Source of the DNA: Actinomycetota bacterium
GTDB taxonomy: Bacteria; Actinomycetota; Actinomycetes; BP-191
NCBI GenBank assembly: GCA_040005895.1
Contig: JBDTYE010000005.1
Span: 1-24,000, forward strand
Length of the DNA: 24,000 bases
Reading direction: 5' to 3'
Part shown: positions 22,350-24,000 of the stretch, in pieces
How positions within the stretch are numbered: position 1 is the first letter of the stretch
Layout of the letters: each line of letters starts with the position of its first letter
Position numbers and translations under genes: made by a program
Notes under the pieces: generated by a model
What the model was told of the DNA's origin: nothing
Databases searched by the model: none
What the model saw: the letters and a program-made list of their open reading frames with translations, nothing else

Positions 22350-23813
22350 CTACCAGGGGAAGGGCTGGTAGTCCTTGAGGAAGCAGCCGTACAGGTCTTC
22401 GCCGGCCTCGCCGCGGACGATCGGGTCGTAGACCCGCGCGGCTCCGTCGACGAGGTCCAGCGGCGCGTGGAAGCCCTCGCCGGCGAGGCGCGCCTTGGTG
22501 GGATGCTGTCGCTCGTCGGTGATCCAGCCCGTGTCGACGCTGGTCATCAGGATGCCGTCGGTGAACAGTTCGGCTGCCGACGTGCGGGTCAGCATGTTGA
22601 GCGCCGCCTTCGCCATGTTGGTGTGCGGATGGCCAGGACCCTTGTAGCCACGGCCGAACTGCCCTTCCATCGCTGAGACGTTGACGACATAGGTACGCCT
22701 GGCGCTTGCCGCCGCCAGCGACGCGCGCAGCCGGCTGACGAGGACGAACGGCGCGGTCACGTTGCACAATTGCACTTCGAGCACCTCGAGGGCGTCGACC
22801 TCGTGCACCCGCCGGGTCCAGCTGTTGACGGCGTCGAGGTCGGGCACCAGGCCACCGGCATCGATCGCGGTACCACGAGCGATCCTGGCGGCCGATGCCG
22901 AACCGCTCGTCAGAGCCAGGGCAGTCAGGGTGTGCGCGCCGAACGAAGCGCCGGCGGCTGCACCTTCCAGTGCGGTCGGGACCGCCTCGGTCGAATGACC
23001 GAATGTCAGCACCTCGGGCAACGGGCCTGCGGGCAAAGGCGCGGACTCGGCGGCTATCAGCTGCGAGTAGGAGCCGGCGGTGCGGCGTACGGTCTGCGCG
23101 GCGTTGTTGATGAGGATGTCCAGAGATCCCGCGGCGCTGACCGAGTCGGCCAGGGCGACCACCTGCGCCGGATCGCGAAGGTCGATGCCGACTATCCGCA
23201 GCCGGTCGATCCAGTCGGCGCTGTCCGGCATCGAGAGGAAGCGGCGGGTCGCGTCGGTGGGGAAGCGGGTGGTGATCGTGGTGTGCACGCCGTCGCGTAG
23301 CAGCCGCAACGCGATGTACATCCCGATCTTCGCCCGGCCGCCGGTCAGCAGTGCGCGTCGCCCGGCGAGATCGGTGTGCGCGTCCCGCTTTGCGTGGCTC
23401 AACGCAGCGCAGGACGGGCAGAGCTGGTGGTAGAACGCGTCCACCTGTGTGTAGCTCTCCTTGCAGATGTAGCAGGGCCGGGCGCGGAGCAGAGTGCCCA
23501 CCGTCGGCGCCTCGGTCGAGGCGCGCAGGATCACTCCACGAGTTTCGTCGTCGATGCGGTCGGGCGCGCCGGTCGCGGTTGCGGCGACCACCTCCCGGTC
23601 GGCCGCGCTGATGGCGTCGCGGCGGGCCTTGCGGCGACCGATCTTGACGTCCTTGTAGAGCCGCGAAGCAGCGCGCCGCAGCAGCAGGACGTGCGGGTGG
23701 TCGACCGGCAACAGCTCGCTTTCGGCGATGACGGAAAGGCAGGTCTCGAGCCGTTCGGCGTCGATGCCCGCGGTCGCCGCGTCGGCCGGATGGTCGATGT
23801 CGAACGTCGTCAT
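22350..23813 (-). CDS. Atypical short-chain dehydrogenase/reductase with a ~150-aa N-terminal extension containing a Cys4 ribbon
   Basis: Rossmann motif LLTGGRAKIGMYIA, then ILINNAAQ and NVSAMEG...MAKAAL. The N-terminal motif CYICK-x14-CPSC lies at 23409-23474. ATG 23813 (MTTFDIDHP) is preferred to the track start at 23891. Confidence 0.8.
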   Translation of the reverse strand: MTTFDIDHPADAATAGIDAERLETCLSVIAESELLPVDHPHVLLLRRAASRLYKDVKIGRRKARRDAISAADREVVAATATGAPDRIDDETRGVILRASTEAPTVGTLLRARPCYICKESYTQVDAFYHQLCPSCAALSHAKRDAHTDLAGRRALLTGGRAKIGMYIALRLLRDGVHTTITTRFPTDATRRFLSMPDSADWIDRLRIVGIDLRDPAQVVALADSVSAAGSLDILINNAAQTVRRTAGSYSQLIAAESAPLPAGPLPEVLTFGHSTEAVPTALEGAAAGASFGAHTLTALALTSGSASAARIARGTAIDAGGLVPDLDAVNSWTRRVHEVDALEVLEVQLCNVTAPFVLVSRLRASLAAASARRTYVVNVSAMEGQFGRGYKGPGHPHTNMAKAALNMLTRTSAAELFTDGILMTSVDTGWITDERQHPTKARLAGEGFHAPLDLVDGAARVYDPIVRGEAGEDLYGCFLKDYQPFPW

Positions 23814-23911
23814 GCTGGGCTGTCCTCGCTCTTCCGCACCGCGCAGTGCCTCGGGCAGACTGTACGCAGGCCCGCGGGTTCGCGGCGCCACGCTGATCAG
23901 GGAGCCTGCGC

Positions 23912-24000
23912 ATGGGAATCTTCGACAAGATCAAGGACGCCGCCGAATCGGCGATCGAGGCGCACCCGGACCAACTGGAGACGGCCATCGAAAAGGCGAC
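23912..24000 (+). CDS. Small protein, N-terminal fragment (MGIFDKIKDAAESAIEAHPDQLETAIEKA...), resembles the actinobacterial MT0933/Rv0909-like 'antitoxin' family
   Basis: GGGAG lies 7 nt upstream of ATG 23912. The N-terminal MG(I/L)FDK(I/A)KD pattern is recalled from that small-protein family. The ORF is truncated by the window end. Confidence 0.5.
   Translation, partial: MGIFDKIKDAAESAIEAHPDQLETAIEKA

Noticed and set aside
22321-23988. 555-aa minus-strand ORF overlapping the SDR gene in another frame
   Set aside because: The translation is Arg/Pro-rich and low-complexity. The 22350-23813 frame carries the Rossmann and SDR motifs.
1-24000. Search for mobile elements, tRNA/rRNA, defence systems and toxin-antitoxin pairs
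   Set aside because: No transposase, integrase, recombinase, nuclease/helicase defence-type or RNA gene signatures were recognised in any frame. The only TA-like hint is the truncated MGIFDKIKD small protein at 23912-24000, which has no visible partner.

Overview
High-GC, actinobacterial-style chromosomal segment: G/C-dominated third codon positions, frequent GTG/TTG starts and many 4-nt start/stop overlaps. I found no rRNA, tRNA, CRISPR array, transposase, integrase or phage signature. The window has three parts. (1) Positions 1-9764 hold a [NiFe]-hydrogenase operon whose large-subunit motifs (RICGICGDNH, DPCLPCGVH) fit the group 1h/5 high-affinity type (Hhy). Gene order is small subunit (3' end only), large subunit, a NifU-like/Rieske-like Fe-S protein, three uncharacterised proteins, the maturation endopeptidase, a 39-aa membrane micro-ORF absent from the ORF track, hypA, hypC, a second atypical hypC-like gene, hypD, hypE and a small acidic ORF. 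Eight junctions are ATGA/GTGA overlaps. (2) Positions 9793-14740 hold a convergent tandem-SIS-domain protein, a divergent PAS-GAF-GGDEF-EAL c-di-GMP protein and manA. (3) Positions 14887-24000 hold a strongly SD-led 54-aa ORF ahead of a large LuxR-family (LAL) ATPase regulator and a convergent 79-aa Cys/His protein. They also hold a ~1275-aa secreted protein with six in-frame 294-bp tandem repeats and a dimethylformamidase-beta-like C-terminal domain, a convergent atypical SDR with an N-terminal Cys4 ribbon, and the start of a small MGIFDKIKD-type protein. The best candidate for undescribed biology is the translationally coupled block of unknown genes inside the hydrogenase operon (3111-5796, plus the 39-aa ORF), together with the flanking tandem-SIS gene. 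Many very long ORFs in the track (up to 1112 aa) are high-GC shadow frames and were rejected.
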